Positions 51,060 through 64,000 are shown, counted from the first letter of the stretch. The stretch: DNA of 64,000 bases from Octopus sinensis (GCF_006345805.1 NC_043008.1:79360001-79424000); one strand, 5' to 3'. Translations and numbers: made by a program. Notes: generated by a model from the sequence alone, not told the origin.

Positions 51060-53340
51060 CCTGGCACTGAGTTCCTGTGTTTGTTTAGCTCCTAGTGGGG
51101 CTATGTTCAGCCCAATAAATTTGGTGGGCGTTTTAATACAATATAAATAAACAAGATGGCAGAATGCATCTTGGAAAATTTAAGAAAAAACTGCCCCGCT
51201 ACAAAAACTTTTTTTGAATACTGAAGATTCCCCTCCTCTTCCCTCAGCTACTGATAACATCACCGGAGAGAAAAAGGACACCAAAGTTCAAAGTCCAGTA
51301 GTAAAAGCATTGGCAACAGTAGTGATGGCAATGACAGTGGCAGCAGCAGCGGTGGTGGCAACAACAGTGTTGGTGACAGTAGCAATAGCATCAACAGCAG
51401 TGACGACAGCAGCAGCAGCGATGACAGCAAGATCAACAGCGGTGAGAGCAGCAGCAGTGGTGGTGACAGCGGCAGCAGAAGTAGTAGTAGTAACAGCAAC
51501 ACAATTCAGGACACAATGGATTTTAGCAGAGAAAATAGTATTGCAACTGAAGGCAGTGATGGCAGTGTGGAGGGTGACAACAGTGGAAGTGGTCACAACA
51601 CCACCACCATCATCACCAACAGCAGCAGCAGTAACAGCAGCAACGTCGACGACAGCAACAACAAAAACAATAGCAAAAACAAGGGGTTTGCTGATGTAGC
51701 AAACACAAAGAAGGAAATGTTTACACTTCCTCTTGAGGACAAAATTCGAGAACTTTCAAAAGCAAAAGACATCATCAAAGTTACTGGTGGTAGGACATCA
51801 GTGCTTGTACCTCCTGAAATGATAGAAGCAAAAGAAAGAAAGACAGTGCATTTTAAATGTGTATCTCGGAAAAGTAGATCCAAAATAGCTTCCATCAGTG
51901 ACATCGAGAAGGCCCTCAGCAAAATTTTAATAAATGTGGATCACATACAGAGAAAGAGGCAGTCTGTCAGCATTGAGATTCTCTTTAAAAGTGAGGGCTT
52001 CACGCAAAGGCACACAGTGTCACCCCTGTGAACTGAGGAGTGGATCTTGTATTCCACCTACCTCTCGAAGAGAATGACAAGAATTAGGGTAAATGGCGTG
52101 CCACCAGGTGTAAACGTCTAGTGGATCATTGCCTGTGCTGTGCAGGATCCAGAAGCACTCCTGGGGGTAAAATGGAGCAGCAGACTGGTGCAGGATCAAA
52201 TTGGAGATATTAATCCATGTGAAACCAGAGAATATCAAGAAGATACCAGACCTGATCCAGCTCCCCAACAGTGTAGAACTGTGTTGTCATAGAAGGCAGG
52301 AAGGCCAGATGTGACAAATGTGGGTCCACAAGCCACCTGAGAGCCTCAAAATTCGGGAATTGCATGGCCACATTTGCAGCCTACAGCGCACCCCCAACAA
52401 CAGAGACCTTGTAATAGAACTGCAGCTTCATCCCCAACAACAACAACAGAGGTACGTGAACCCCATACAATGAAGAAAACCATCCAGGGTATCTGTCAAA
52501 CCAGCTCCCCCCCTTTCCCCCTCTCTCAAGCATACACTCACACAAACATGCTCACATTATCACAGATGCACTCATGCTTCCTGAGACAGACCATACAGAC
52601 ACTAGCTGCTACTCATCCCATAGTGAAGACAACGAAAAATCACACAAACAAAAAAAACAAAAACAGCAAAGGAAACAGAACACAGAAGAACCTACACAAA
52701 CACCCGAAAACACAGAAACCCCCAGCACAACAAACATAGACAGCAACAACACCAGAACCACAACCACCACAACCACCACCACCCCAACCAAATCCACAAA
52801 TGCACTCACAAACACATTTAATGTTAATACGGTTACCCCTCAAAGTATACAAAGAAATTCAGAGGGACTTCCCACATGATGCCAAAAGCCTCAAGGTGTG
52901 CACAGAGCGATGAAATCATCCTGCATGCAGTCATCCAGTGTCCATGCATTACTGACCTGTGGAGCTTTGTTGAACAGCTGTTGTCACATGTAGGACAAGT
53001 TAGGTTATAAGAAGAGTCCATTCTGAAGATTGCCCCACCACCTTCTTTTGGCTGGAAGGGAAAGGCAGTTTTCCTCTGCCTGGTTGCTATAGTGAAAGAG
53101 GTAGTGTGGTGGACAAGACTGAAAGGACAGAAGATAGACACTTTCCTTTTCAGCTGATCACTCATCAACTTTTTCAAGTTCCAATTGAAAAGGAAAGTGA
53201 GGGTAGAGAGGGAAGTACTGCCCCGCAATAAGTTTGTTAAAAGGTGGGTGAAATCCCACTTGCCCCTTGTTTTTTATTTTTGTTTTTTGTTATTTTGTAT
53301 TATCTCTATATGTTTTTGTATTCAGCCCTTGTTGCCAATA

Positions 53341-53345
<5 letters not shown>
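51060..53345 (+). mobile_element. Internally deleted Tx1/L1-like LINE (ORF1 plus ORF2 C-terminus)
   Basis: CCAAT and AAGATGGC near the ATG at 51156, a Ser/Asn-rich ORF1 with CDKCGSTSH knuckle, ORF2 end RC..SDE..LH...QCP, then AATAAA and a (GTA)n tail. Confidence 0.7.
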
Positions 53346-53438
<93 letters not shown>

Positions 53439-53480
53439 AGAGGAGGAGGGAGAGAAGGAACAGCAGCATCAGCAGCAATG
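53343..53480. repeat. (GTA)n(GCA)n(GGA)n compound microsatellite
   Basis: Direct reading. Confidence 0.95.
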
Positions 53481-53559
53481 TCTATTCAAGAAGCCTTGTC
53501 ATTAAAACAATAATTTCAACACAAATAAGACTGCTCTGTATAAGTTTAATTTATTAAAC

Positions 53560-54350
53560 ATGCCTAGGCTAGAAAGAAATGAAGCTAGTATGCTCCACTG
53601 GATGTGTAATGTCAGAGTGCATACACAACAGATTGTAAGCACCCTGAGAGAAAAGTTTGATATAAGAAGTATCAGATGTGGTATGCAAGAGAGACTGTGC
53701 TGGTATGGTCATGTGTCATGTATGGATGAGGACAGCTGTATAAAGAAGTGCTGATCTCTAACCAGTGGAAGGAACCTGGTGGAAGAGGTAGACCCAGGAA
53801 GACCTGGGATGAGGTGTTGAAGCATAACCTTCAAACGTTGGGCCTCATCGAGGCAATGACAAGAAACTAAGACCTTTGGAGATATGCAATGTTTCAGATG
53901 ACCTGGCAAGCTGAGATTGTAGCTGTGACCTATGCCAGTGTCACATAACCAGCCCATTTAAGACTTCCCTTCAATCATCAGGCAATGTCCTGTGCTTGAG
54001 AAGACCTGTTGAGTCAAGTAAAATCATTTGCCATGGCCAATGCCAGTACCATATGTCAATGGAACATAAAAAGCACCATATGAGCATGGTCGATGCTAAT
54101 GCCACCTGTCTGGCCTCCATGCCGGTGGCACATAAAAAGCACCCACTACACTCTTGGAGTGGTTGACATTAGGAAAGCATCCAGCTGTAGAAATCTTGCC
54201 AGATCAAACTGGAGCTTGGTGCAGCCTCCTGGATTGCTACTCCTCAGCCAAACCATCTAACCTGTGCCAGCATGGAAAGCAGACATTAAACGATGACGAC
54301 GATGATGATGATGGTGGTGATGATGATGATGATGATGATGATGATGACGA
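53560..54350 (+). mobile_element. RTE 3' fragment
   Basis: LERNEASMLHWMC...; (GAT)n tail. Confidence 0.85.
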
Positions 54351-54499
54351 TTGTCATTTTAATCCTAATAATAAACTCATTCTGTTTTGATGAAGTGACA
54401 TTGCTATGAACAATTTAGTCTAGTACATCATCACTAGTGGTCTTATTTTCTAAGAAAAAGAAAAAGACAGGAATAGTGGCTTTTAGTAGCAATGAACAA

Positions 54500-55900
54500 A
54501 CAATTGGAAATAATAAAGGTTTAAAAAAGGTTGAAAATAGCTAATAAATTGGAAATGATATATTTGATAAGCAGATTTGGCATCAAGAGTGCTGAAGTGA
54601 TTTAGTCTGTTTTGAAGATATTCCATGAATGAATTGCTATTTTAACTAATGTACATCCTTATATATTAGAAAATATGGCTACAATATCAGCAGTCACAAA
54701 GTGAAAGAAAGCTTTTGAATATTGAAAATACAAATTACCTCACACTTGGTGGAAAATTCTTTTTCAGAGACTTAACTTCCTTATATGCTAGAAAATACTG
54801 GATATGCATAAAATAAGTACAATAATGTTGAATTGACGTTATTATGACTGTTCCCTGGACAGCATGCAAACAAGGTATCATGATGCCTATGAAATAAATT
54901 CAGATAATAAATATGAAGAAACAATAGCATATTTGTGTGGATAATAATGTATCAATATTCAGTAATAAACATGAAAAACTCCTAGAGAATCTTAAATCAT
55001 TTATCATTAAGAGATATATCTAGATAAATCTAGATAACAAACCAAATTCTAAAAATGGAAATCTTTTTTTGCGTGGTAGTTGAAGTAACAAAATATCAAT
55101 CAAAGCTTTGTGATAAACTTTTTCAACATCTATTATCCAGAAGAGAAACATAACATATACAGTGTATTACATCCGTAAGTTGTGGTTTAAAATTCATTAG
55201 CATACTTTTGTTGAAATACACTTGATTAATGCTACTCAATGGCAACAACTTATGAAAGGTATAAGAAATTATGCCACAGTGTTTTGATGTCATCTGCATC
55301 ACATGTGTTCAATCAACATAGATTGTTGCAAACTAAGAGATAACTACAAGAATATATCCATGTTCTTTGTTGCGGGCAGCACAAAGTAGTCTCTAAACAG
55401 CCTTAAATTATATTGAGATCCAATGCTCTTGCAGTGTCAGTATTAACACTATGTTTGCTATAATACAAGTTTAAAGCTGCAAAGTAAATTCAAAACAACA
55501 AGGTGCATTTAATACTCAAAACTATCACTTGACTACATCAGTTTTAGTATAGTTCTCAATGCTGTGATGATATTTTTAAAATTTTATATGAATTGTATGT
55601 CATAGATTTAGGTATGTGCAAGATTTTGTTCAGTAAACAAGAACTGAAATTGCATGAAGAAAAAAGAAAACACTATTTGATGTTTTTATTGATAAAATAT
55701 AACTTTTTGTCTGTTTTTTATGGAAGTATTTTGAATAACATGTTAGCGATTGAAAACAGATATTTAATTTAATTGTTATCTAAAAATGGAGATTGAGAAG
55801 AGAGAAAGTAGTGAAAGGTAGTGCTCTTCTTTAGAAACTTTGCTGCAAATCCAATATTAATGAGTTTTGATGAATTTCAAACCTAAAAAATTCAAATTAC
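54500..55900 (+). mobile_element. Possible highly degraded hAT-like transposase remnant
   Basis: Only weak residual similarity to the CxAH.L.L region near 55330-55410. Confidence 0.3.
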
Positions 55901-56334
55901 TAAAATCACAAAGACCTAATCAATCAGTTGTCAACAGTTTTAAAAAAGTTGTTAAAAGCTATTAGACCAATTTTTTTTTACATTTAAGGACCAAGTTTTT
56001 TTTGTTTTTTGTTTATAACACTGTTTTTCCAATCTTACATTCATGTCAAGTATTGAAATTTGAAACGTTTTTAACTGTTAGATTTTCTGTTAACTCTTAC
56101 TTCAAGATGTCATATTCATACATATATGTACATTCATTCCAACAAGTATGTACATAGATATTTGTAAAATTTTCCTCTTTTGCTTTTCATATTGTAGTAC
56201 AGCCTTCAATCATATCAATCTCAGTATTTGTTTCAGTCTAAAACTTATTTTATAGAGCTCCATTTGTCTAACATCTAAGTTCTAATGCTTTCTTTAAATT
56301 TTAAGTGCATGTAAATATGTAAGTATACACTTAC

Positions 56335-56451
56335 TCATTAGAATAATACTTGAATCTGAGTGAAGGATTTAAGTAGCACACACCCTTCTCTAAATCTATC
56401 TGACTGATAATCACTGGGATAAAAATTAATCTTCTAGCATATAAGTCAAAC
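56335..56451 (-). CDS. Putative internal coding exon of an unidentified host gene
   Basis: T-rich acceptor TTTTATAATACTTTAG, 117 bp, phase 2/2, single open frame FDLYARRLIFIPVIISQIDLEKGVCYLNPSLRFKYYSN, GTAAGT donor. Confidence 0.6.
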
Positions 56452-56729
56452 CTAAAGTATTATAAAATTTAATAATCTAAAAATCCATCCAGCCCAACAA
56501 ATTACTATTACTTACTTACTTTTGCATGAAAATTGATAATGAAGGACAAACTTCCATACAAACTAATACAATAACATAGAATCAATTATTTTTTGGTGTG
56601 TAGTTTAAACATTAAAATATTCATGTAATAAAAATATTGTTGAAGATATTGGTGGTGAGAACAATGCATAATTATATAAACATACATTCATGCATGCATC
56701 CATACATAAATACACACAATAGACATAGG

Positions 56730-57295
56730 TATGACTGTGTAGTTAAGAAGCTTGCTTCCAAACCATGTGATCTCAAGTTCAGTCTTTCTGTGCAGTACCT
56801 CAAGCCAACCAAAACCTTGTGAGTGGATTTGTTAGATGGAAACCAGAAAAAGCTTATCATACACACACACCTTTTACTTTCTAATTTTTATTATTTCAGT
56901 CATTAAACTGCAGCCATGTTGGGGCACCACCTTGAAGAAATTTAGTCAAATGAATTAACTGCAGTACTTATTTCTTTTAAAGTTTGGTATTTATTGTATT
57001 GGTCTCTTTTTGCTGGACCACTAAGTTACAGGGACATAAGCACAACAACACCAACTGTCAAGCAGCGATGAGGGACAAACACAGACACAAAGACAACCAC
57101 ATATAAATCAATCATCATTGTCATCATCATCATTTAACATCCATCTTCCATGCTGACATGCATTTGGCATCTTTCAGTTTCTATCTAGCAAATCCACTCA
57201 CAAGGTTTTGGTGAGCCCAAGGCTATAGAAGAAGACACTTGTTCAAGGTACCATACTGAACCCTGAACCTTGTGGTCGGGATGAAAACTTCTTCA
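56730..57295. mobile_element. Cluster of tRNA-SINE fragments in both orientations
   Basis: Similar to 4680-5035. Confidence 0.65.
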
Positions 57296-57794
57296 GGCTA
57301 ATTTGATGATTTTTTTATATCTCCTTCTTTCAAGAAGAGCTTGATGTATTAGTGATCATTTAATGGCATTGGAAAGCATAAAGAGTAAAATTGCAGTTGA
57401 TAAAAAATTATCTGACATGGAGCAATGGAAGCCATCAAAATATTGAAAAAGAGTTACTTATATCATGATAATTCATGTTTGGTATCAAAATACTGACATC
57501 ATGACTGCTGCTCAATGCTCTGTGAATACCATGAAGGCTGTAAATGTAACATGGACAGCTGCAACAGAGACTATGAAGGGACATAGCAGGTGTTCTGATT
57601 GCATCTGCTTGCTGAACATCCTATGTGTATGTGAGGCCTTGTTTTAAGTGGGCATCAGGGGACAAGTACCCCCCCCCACACACACACACACACTTTTCCA
57701 GGAATGGGGGACAAACGATCTTTTGTCTCCACTACTATTTCCCAATTAAAAAAACAAAGAAAATCCTGCTAACATGCCATACATATGTATAATA

Positions 57795-58970
57795 TTAGGT
57801 TGTTTCACATGAAATGTCGTATTTGAAAGGTAATAATGAAATGTTTCAGAAGTGTTAGAGAACTGATTTGTTTAATCAAAGTATGATCCATGTTCATCCC
57901 AACGTTTCTCTGTCATATATTCCATCTTTAAAAAAAGATTCATCTTTTGCTGTGATAAACTGTCGAAATGCTTCACTTACGTCTTCTCTATTTAAGAATG
58001 TTTTATTGCTTATGAAAAGCTCATGATCAATAGGAGAGATATCAGGGGAATAGGGAGGATGTTGCAAAATCTCATAATTCAGGCTTTGCAACTTTTGGAC
58101 CATAGCTTGAAGAGTGTGAGAACGTGCATTGTCATGGAGTAAAATTGGGCAATCTCTATTCACTAGTCTGGGTTGCTTATTTTTCAAATTCTCGTGCATA
58201 CAATCAATATCCTGGTAATACGATATTGCTGTTACCGTTTTTCTTTGTTGCAAAAATGACTATTGAATAATTCCCTTTGCAGATCACCATACAGTGACCA
58301 CTAACTTTTAAGGATGCAATGGTGGGTTTGGGTAGTGCTGTTGCCAAAGAGTATCTATTTCTCATTATGAGTAATGATTTGATGCAAAAATGGTCTTTTT
58401 CCAGCCAAGAAAGCAATAAGGAGCACACTTCAAGGCGTCTGTTTTTATTAGTCTCATTCAGCTGATGTGGAACAAACATATCCGTTTTCTTGACTTTTCC
58501 AATTTTTTACAAGAGTCCAAAAATAGTTGTGCGAGATGTTTGGAGTTCTGATGAAAGTTTTCGAACCTTTGTTCTCGAATTTTGTTCAACCAAAGCATTT
58601 AATCCATCATGCTGAATAACTGATTTTGGGGTACCCCTTGGTTTATTTTCAAGGCTATCATCTCCTGAACAAGAGCTTTGGAACCATCTCTGAACAGTTC
58701 TGATGTCAACAAAACCATTACCAAAGGCCCACTTGATATTCTATAGAGCTTCTGCGGCAGAGTGGCCCAGTGTGTACTCATATGAGAAAGTCACTCAACA
58801 TAGTTTGGTTGTTATCATTTTTATAAGGTCTGTTGGTACGAATTTTGTACACCAATATTATTGGGAAAGAAAAAAAAGAGTAAAGATTAAATGCAAATTA
58901 TACATAATTGAGTTTTTAAATGACTGAAATAACGAGTAAGTAAAAATACATTTCATGTGAAACAACCTAA
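57795..58970 (-). mobile_element. mariner element with intact TIRs and a degraded transposase
   Basis: TIRs TTAGGTTGTTTCACATGAAATG with TA flanks; VPHQL, HDNAR and HPPYSPDISP. Confidence 0.92.
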
Positions 58971-59811
58971 TATATATTTTTACATCTTTATTTATGTGCA
59001 TATATTACATGAATATATATAAACCCTAAGTTTTCAATCGGTATTGAATTTTGTTTGTTTGATACTTACATCCATTTGCTAAAAATTAAAGATCAACTCA
59101 TCAATAATTTGAATGAGAATTGCATAACATTTTTATATGTATTTGTCTAAGTGAATATAGATAAATAAACAATACATGGAAATGCAAATAATTTTATCTT
59201 CTACTCTTGAATTTCAGCTGATTCTGTTTTTTCATAGTATATAATATCTTCAATTGTTAACGTCTCAGTCAAAATTTTCAGATCACAACACATAAAAACC
59301 ATCACCTTTTCCAACTGCGCTTTTTCTGCACATGCACATGCAATATATATCTTATTAATTTTTCTTGAGATTAATTTACATTTAGGACATTTTAAGAATA
59401 TAAATATTATCTTCATAATATAAAACAAACATCGCAATTTTAAAGATTTGTTGTAGAGTTAAATCTTAACAAATATTCTTTTTGAGAAAAAGTTGTTTTG
59501 AAGATAGTTCAGTTGGGAAGAGTCCATTTGTAAACACAGATACACACTCATATATATATATATATATATATATATGTTCACACATGCATAGATGCATACA
59601 TACATACATACAAACAAATATATGCCCTGTCATTGATGTTGAAATTCCAACAAAGGAGCATTGGATCTAGGTTAGAAACCAGTTTTTTCTCTATTGGCAA
59701 GAAATCTTGAAATAAACTGAATAATGACATACATACACACATAAACACACACACACACACACACAGACCAGTGTTGGTGATTGATGAGGTAAAAAAGCTG
59801 GTCAGTATTTA

Positions 59812-60335
59812 CCGTAAATCATCGAGTATAATCCACATTTTTTTTCCCCCAAATTTAAAGGTCAAAATCCCTAGTGCGTACTATATACGAGGTTAAAAAT
59901 GAAAAATATTTTCTAAGCAATGTCTGAGTCTCTATTTGCTGTCTGGCAATGTTTATTCAGACACATTTTGTGATGTCAGGCGCAAAAATACCTTAAGCGA
60001 AGCCTGAAAGCAATGAAGTCATAAAAGAATCATCCATAACTTGCAGTAAGCAACATTTATCAAAATAAAAGTATTCAGAACACAGAATAACATGTAACAA
60101 AAACAATTTACAAACATATTTACATTCCCATATAACAGTTAAGAACATTACCATTATTGTATTATGCATGCGTGGAAGTGTTTGTTTGACTAGGTGCTGC
60201 TGGCTTAATTATGCACGACTCAAGTTAGAGAAAGAGTGTGTATTATATACAAGGTTTAGGTTTTTCAGAGGTACAGCCCCCTAAAAATCCCCTGCGTATT
60301 ATACTCAAGGGCAGACTATACTCGAGGATTTATGG
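59812..60335. mobile_element. pogo/Tigger-like MITE
   Basis: TIRs CCGTAAATC(A/C)TCGAGTATA with TA flanks and subterminal G(C/T)GTA(C/T)TATA repeats. Confidence 0.8.
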
Positions 60336-60604
60336 TAATCTCCTTAGGTGATAAAATCTGGAGACAAAATTCTCTCCTTACCAAAAAAAAAGAACATAAA
60401 TCATGTCAACATCCATAAGGCACATATAAACACACTTAAATAAAAATGCATGAATGTATACAAATATATAAATGTATGGCTATATACATACAGTATGTAA
60501 ATGTATATATATATATGTATGTAGATTTATGTATATAAATATATATATTATACAGACACACCCACATACACAAACACACACACACACACACACACGCACA
60601 CACA

Positions 60605-60910
60605 CATGCGCAGTGTGGCTGTGTAATAAGAAATTTGCTTCCCAACCACATGTTTCTGGTTTCAGTCCACTGCCTGGGCCATATGAGTACACACTGGGCC
60701 ACTCTGCCGCAGAAGCTCTATGGAATATCAAGTGGGCCTCTGGTAATGGTTTTGTTGACATCAGAACTGTTCAGAGATGGTTCCAAAGCTCTTGTTCAGG
60801 AGATGATAGCCTTGAAAATAAACCAAGGGGTACCCCAAAATCAGTTATTCAGCATGATGGATTAAAAGTGGATTTGATAGATGGAAACTAAAAGAAGCCC
60901 ATCGTATATA
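60605..60910 (+). mobile_element. tRNA-SINE whose middle is replaced by an inverted mariner segment (60680-60866)
   Basis: SINE head and downstream module flank a reverse complement of 58598-58784. Confidence 0.85.
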
Positions 60911-61348
60911 TATTGAGGTAGTCAGAATGTATGTTATTCTCAATATATAATATCTGTACGTCACTTCAAAAACTCTCTACATATGTATATATGTCTGTCT
61001 GTTTCTTTGCAGTTGTGTTTGCCCTCCCACCAACGCTTGTTGGTTTGTTGACGACCCCCGTAACTTACTACTGCAATGCTCCAGCATGGGTATAGTCCAA
61101 AGACAGAAAAAGTGAAGTGTATATATATATATATATATAAATTAATTGTTATCGCCATATTAATATGGCATTCTTATAGAGACTTAGTAATTTTAATATT
61201 TCTATTATATATATATATATATATATATATACAGTGAATTGTATATATATATATATACATATATATACAATTGCAGCGTGGAAGGTGTTTGTAAGCCATT
61301 TAAGAAACACACAAAAGCCGTTCGATTCACTTCAACATTTAAGTTTAA

Positions 61349-61398
61349 TTTGTCAAAATATTTTCGTCGCTAAAATCCGCGACCTGTTCACTGACAAA
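61349..61398 (-). ncRNA. Minimal type-I hammerhead with a compensatory G3-C8 core
   Basis: TTTGTCA-GTGAACA-G-GTCGC-GGATTTTA-GCGAC-GAA-AATATT-T-TGACAAA. Confidence 0.75.
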
Positions 61399-61448
61399 AA
61401 TCCGTGCTGCATCTCATATACATATACATATATATATATATATACATA

Positions 61449-62170
61449 TATTGGGTTGTCCGGAAAGTTTGTGTCGATTTATAGTAGCTTACCTTTGGAC
61501 TTATTTTAGAACATGGTTGAGTCCATAAAATAAGATTTGACTACACCTCCATTTAGAGCACAGTTTATGTTCCTATAATCTGTGTTAATTCTGTAACCCT
61601 TTAAAATGGAAGATAAGAAAGTTTTCGGCACTTGATGCTTTTCTTTTTCCGTCAAGGGAAAAATGCCTCACAAGCAACCAAAGAAGTATGCGCAGTTTAA
61701 GGTGATGTTTCTTTATCCGAAAGAACTGTACAGAAGTGGCTTGCAAGGTTCCAAGCTGGAGATTACAGCCTTATTGATAAAGAGCGATCAGGCAGACCAT
61801 CCACTACAGATGATGACCAAATCAAGTTATTAATTGAGAATAACCAACATTGCACAACCCAAGAATTGGCAGAAAGTCTCAACCTATCAAAATCCATCAT
61901 TCATGAGCACCTGGTAAAGCTTGGGTATACAAATCGCTATGATATTTGGGTACCACATGAGTTGAGTGAGAAGAACCTTTTGGATCACATTTCCATCTGT
62001 GATTCGCTTTATAAAGAGAAAGAAAACACACCTTTTCTAAAGCAAATTGTGACAGGTGATGAGAATGCAATCCTAGAGTAAGTGACATGAGCCACCCTTG
62101 GCCACCCCAAAAGCAGGTCTTCACCCTAAAAAAGTCTTGCTTTATGTCTGGTGGGATTGGAAAGGAGGTT
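61449..62170 (+). mobile_element. mariner 5' two-thirds
   Basis: TIR TTGGGTTGTCC; FRHLMLFFFRQGKNA, WVPHEL, QIVTGDE and WWDWKG. Confidence 0.88.
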
Positions 62171-64000
62171 CTGCATTTTGCAGTTCACATCTGCATCTAT
62201 TTTGAATGAAAATCCACTCTTGAATTTCACATAGGAACCACTTTCTAAGTATTTAAAGTGGTTGTTGTTGCATTCTTTTACTAAGAATTCTGATTCATTC
62301 TCTGATGTGAACTCTGCTTTTGTGAGGAGTTTTTAAGATTTTTTGGTTGGTGTCTTCTATTCCATAAGGGCCTTTTTCAATCAGATTTTTCCTTTTGGGG
62401 CTTTGTAGGAGTATAGGTAAGTTTAATTTTACAGCATGAAAGATGTTGGTTATCCCAAGACTGTGTGTGTTAACAAATGGAATCGTGTGTTCATTAATTT
62501 TTTCCTTGGGTGTCCATAGTTTGGGTGATGCTCAGTTTCATCACCTTTTTAATTCCCTCATTGATTAATCCTATGGGATATGAGCTCATTGAGTCGGATT
62601 TCATGTATTTTGGGGTCAGTCAGTATAGCACTAATGCATCTTGCCATACTGTATGGGATGTTTCTTTTGATGTGTGATGGATGGCAAGAATAGAAATTTA
62701 AATATTGGTGTGTCAGTTTTTTTGGTAAAATATGTGGATATTCAGAAATGGTAATTCATTGCAACTGGAGTCTGTCGTGAATTTGATGGATGAAGTGTGT
62801 TCGGTATATTGTTAAATATGCTTAAGTCCTCATTTGATCTGTCCCAAAAGATGAAGCAATCATCAAGGAAGTGTTTCCACTTTTTAATGATATATTTCTT
62901 GTACTCATGATCAAAAGTTTCCTCTACTTCCTCATAAAGATTTTCTTCCAAGTATCCCATGACTAAATTTGCATATGAGGGTGCAAACTGCTTCCCCATA
63001 GCTGTGTCCTTTATTTGTCGATAGGTTTCATTATCAAATCTAAAGGTATTTTCTTCCAGTACTAGATGTGTGGCCTTGGTGATGAAGTCAGTTTTGAAGC
63101 TTCATTTATCTGTGATCTATGTTTCTCTACCCAGTGTTTGACTGTTTCTAGGCCTAAAGTGTGAGATGCATTGGTATAAAGATTGGTGACATCAAAACTT
63201 GTAAGTATAGTACCTTCTGGGACAATGGGTGGGATGTGTTGGATGAAATCTATGCCATCCCATATGTAACTGGGTATTAAAGAGCACAAAGTTTTTAGGA
63301 GTATATCTAAAAAATGGCTTAGTTGTTGTGTTGGTGCTTGAGGTCCAGCAACTATTGGTCTTAGTTTGAGGTCAGCAGGCCTTAGTATTTATATGTATTG
63401 GTTCTTCTGCTTATTTATGGTATTTCAGAGATTTTGCGGATTTTGGGCAATCAGTAGAAATTGCTCTCTTTGATTACAGAGTTTCATATAAAATCTTTCT
63501 CTTTGTCTGTGAAGGAATCTTGGTATTCATTGATTAGTGTTCTGATTTTATTCATTATTGTTTTTTCTGGGTGTCTTGGTTCTTCCTTGTAGTAGGTTTG
63601 GTTTGTTAAAATTTTCAGTATTTTATCATAAAGATAAAATATTGGAAATTAGTAGTCCTTGTCCGTGATTACTATCACCCCTCCATTATCAGCTTCTTTT
63701 AGGATGATTGAGTTGTCATTTTTCAGTGTTAGTAAGGCTTTCTTTTCTTCTTCACGAAGGTCTTGTTTGCATCTGTAGGTATTTAGGGGAAATTTTTGAG
63801 ATTGTGTCTATATACGTGTCTAAATATTTGTCATTTCCCTTGTAGGGGGTGAAGTGGGATTTATTTCTGACTAATGATTCATCATTTATGTCCTTATTGC
63901 TGAAGAATTCTATAAATTGGAGGTGGCGGTTAAAATGTTCAATATCAGATTTCACTTCAATGAGATTAGTGGGTGAGTGTAGGAGTAAACTTGAAACCTT
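62170..64000 (-). pseudogene. Degraded Neptune-like PLE RT (runs off the window end)
   Basis: FDVTNLYTN, AMGKQFAPSYANLVMG, HFLDD and LRPIVAGP; similar to 31977-33827. Confidence 0.85.

Noticed and set aside
51214-51699. Ala/Thr/Val-rich ORFs on both strands
   Set aside because: They are alternative frames of the low-complexity LINE ORF1 N-terminus.
54739-54787. 49-bp minus-strand exon candidate (YKEVKSLKKNFPPSV)
   Set aside because: Its start phase does not fit the neighbouring exon and it lies in probable transposon debris.
58548-58570. CTGATGA...CGAA
   Set aside because: It is antisense mariner coding sequence with no stems.
59201-59437. Cys-containing 78-aa ORF
   Set aside because: No splice signals or recognisable domain; AT-rich chance ORF.

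Overview
AT-rich eukaryotic window, probably octopus or another coleoid cephalopod (inferred from its SINE/RTE and microsatellite make-up, not verified). It is almost entirely transposable-element debris and microsatellites. It holds Penelope-like elements (PLEs) of about three types, including one young 616-aa RT+GIY-YIG ORF with near-identical inverted terminal repeats. It also holds a near full-length RTE LINE plus fragments, R4/Dong, Tx1/L1, a deleted Gypsy LTR element, Tc1/mariner copies, a probable Helitron, MITEs and tRNA-derived SINEs. Two exon-like segments suggest all of this lies in long introns of an unidentified minus-strand host gene. The most notable signal, invisible in the ORF track, is a set of minimal type-I hammerhead ribozymes (HHRs) from several unrelated PLE-associated families. 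One has an intact fold with a compensatory G3-C8 core, one has a U3-A8 core, and one family places a tRNA-like Pol III head upstream of the HHR. All structures were read by eye; no folding, alignment or database search was run.
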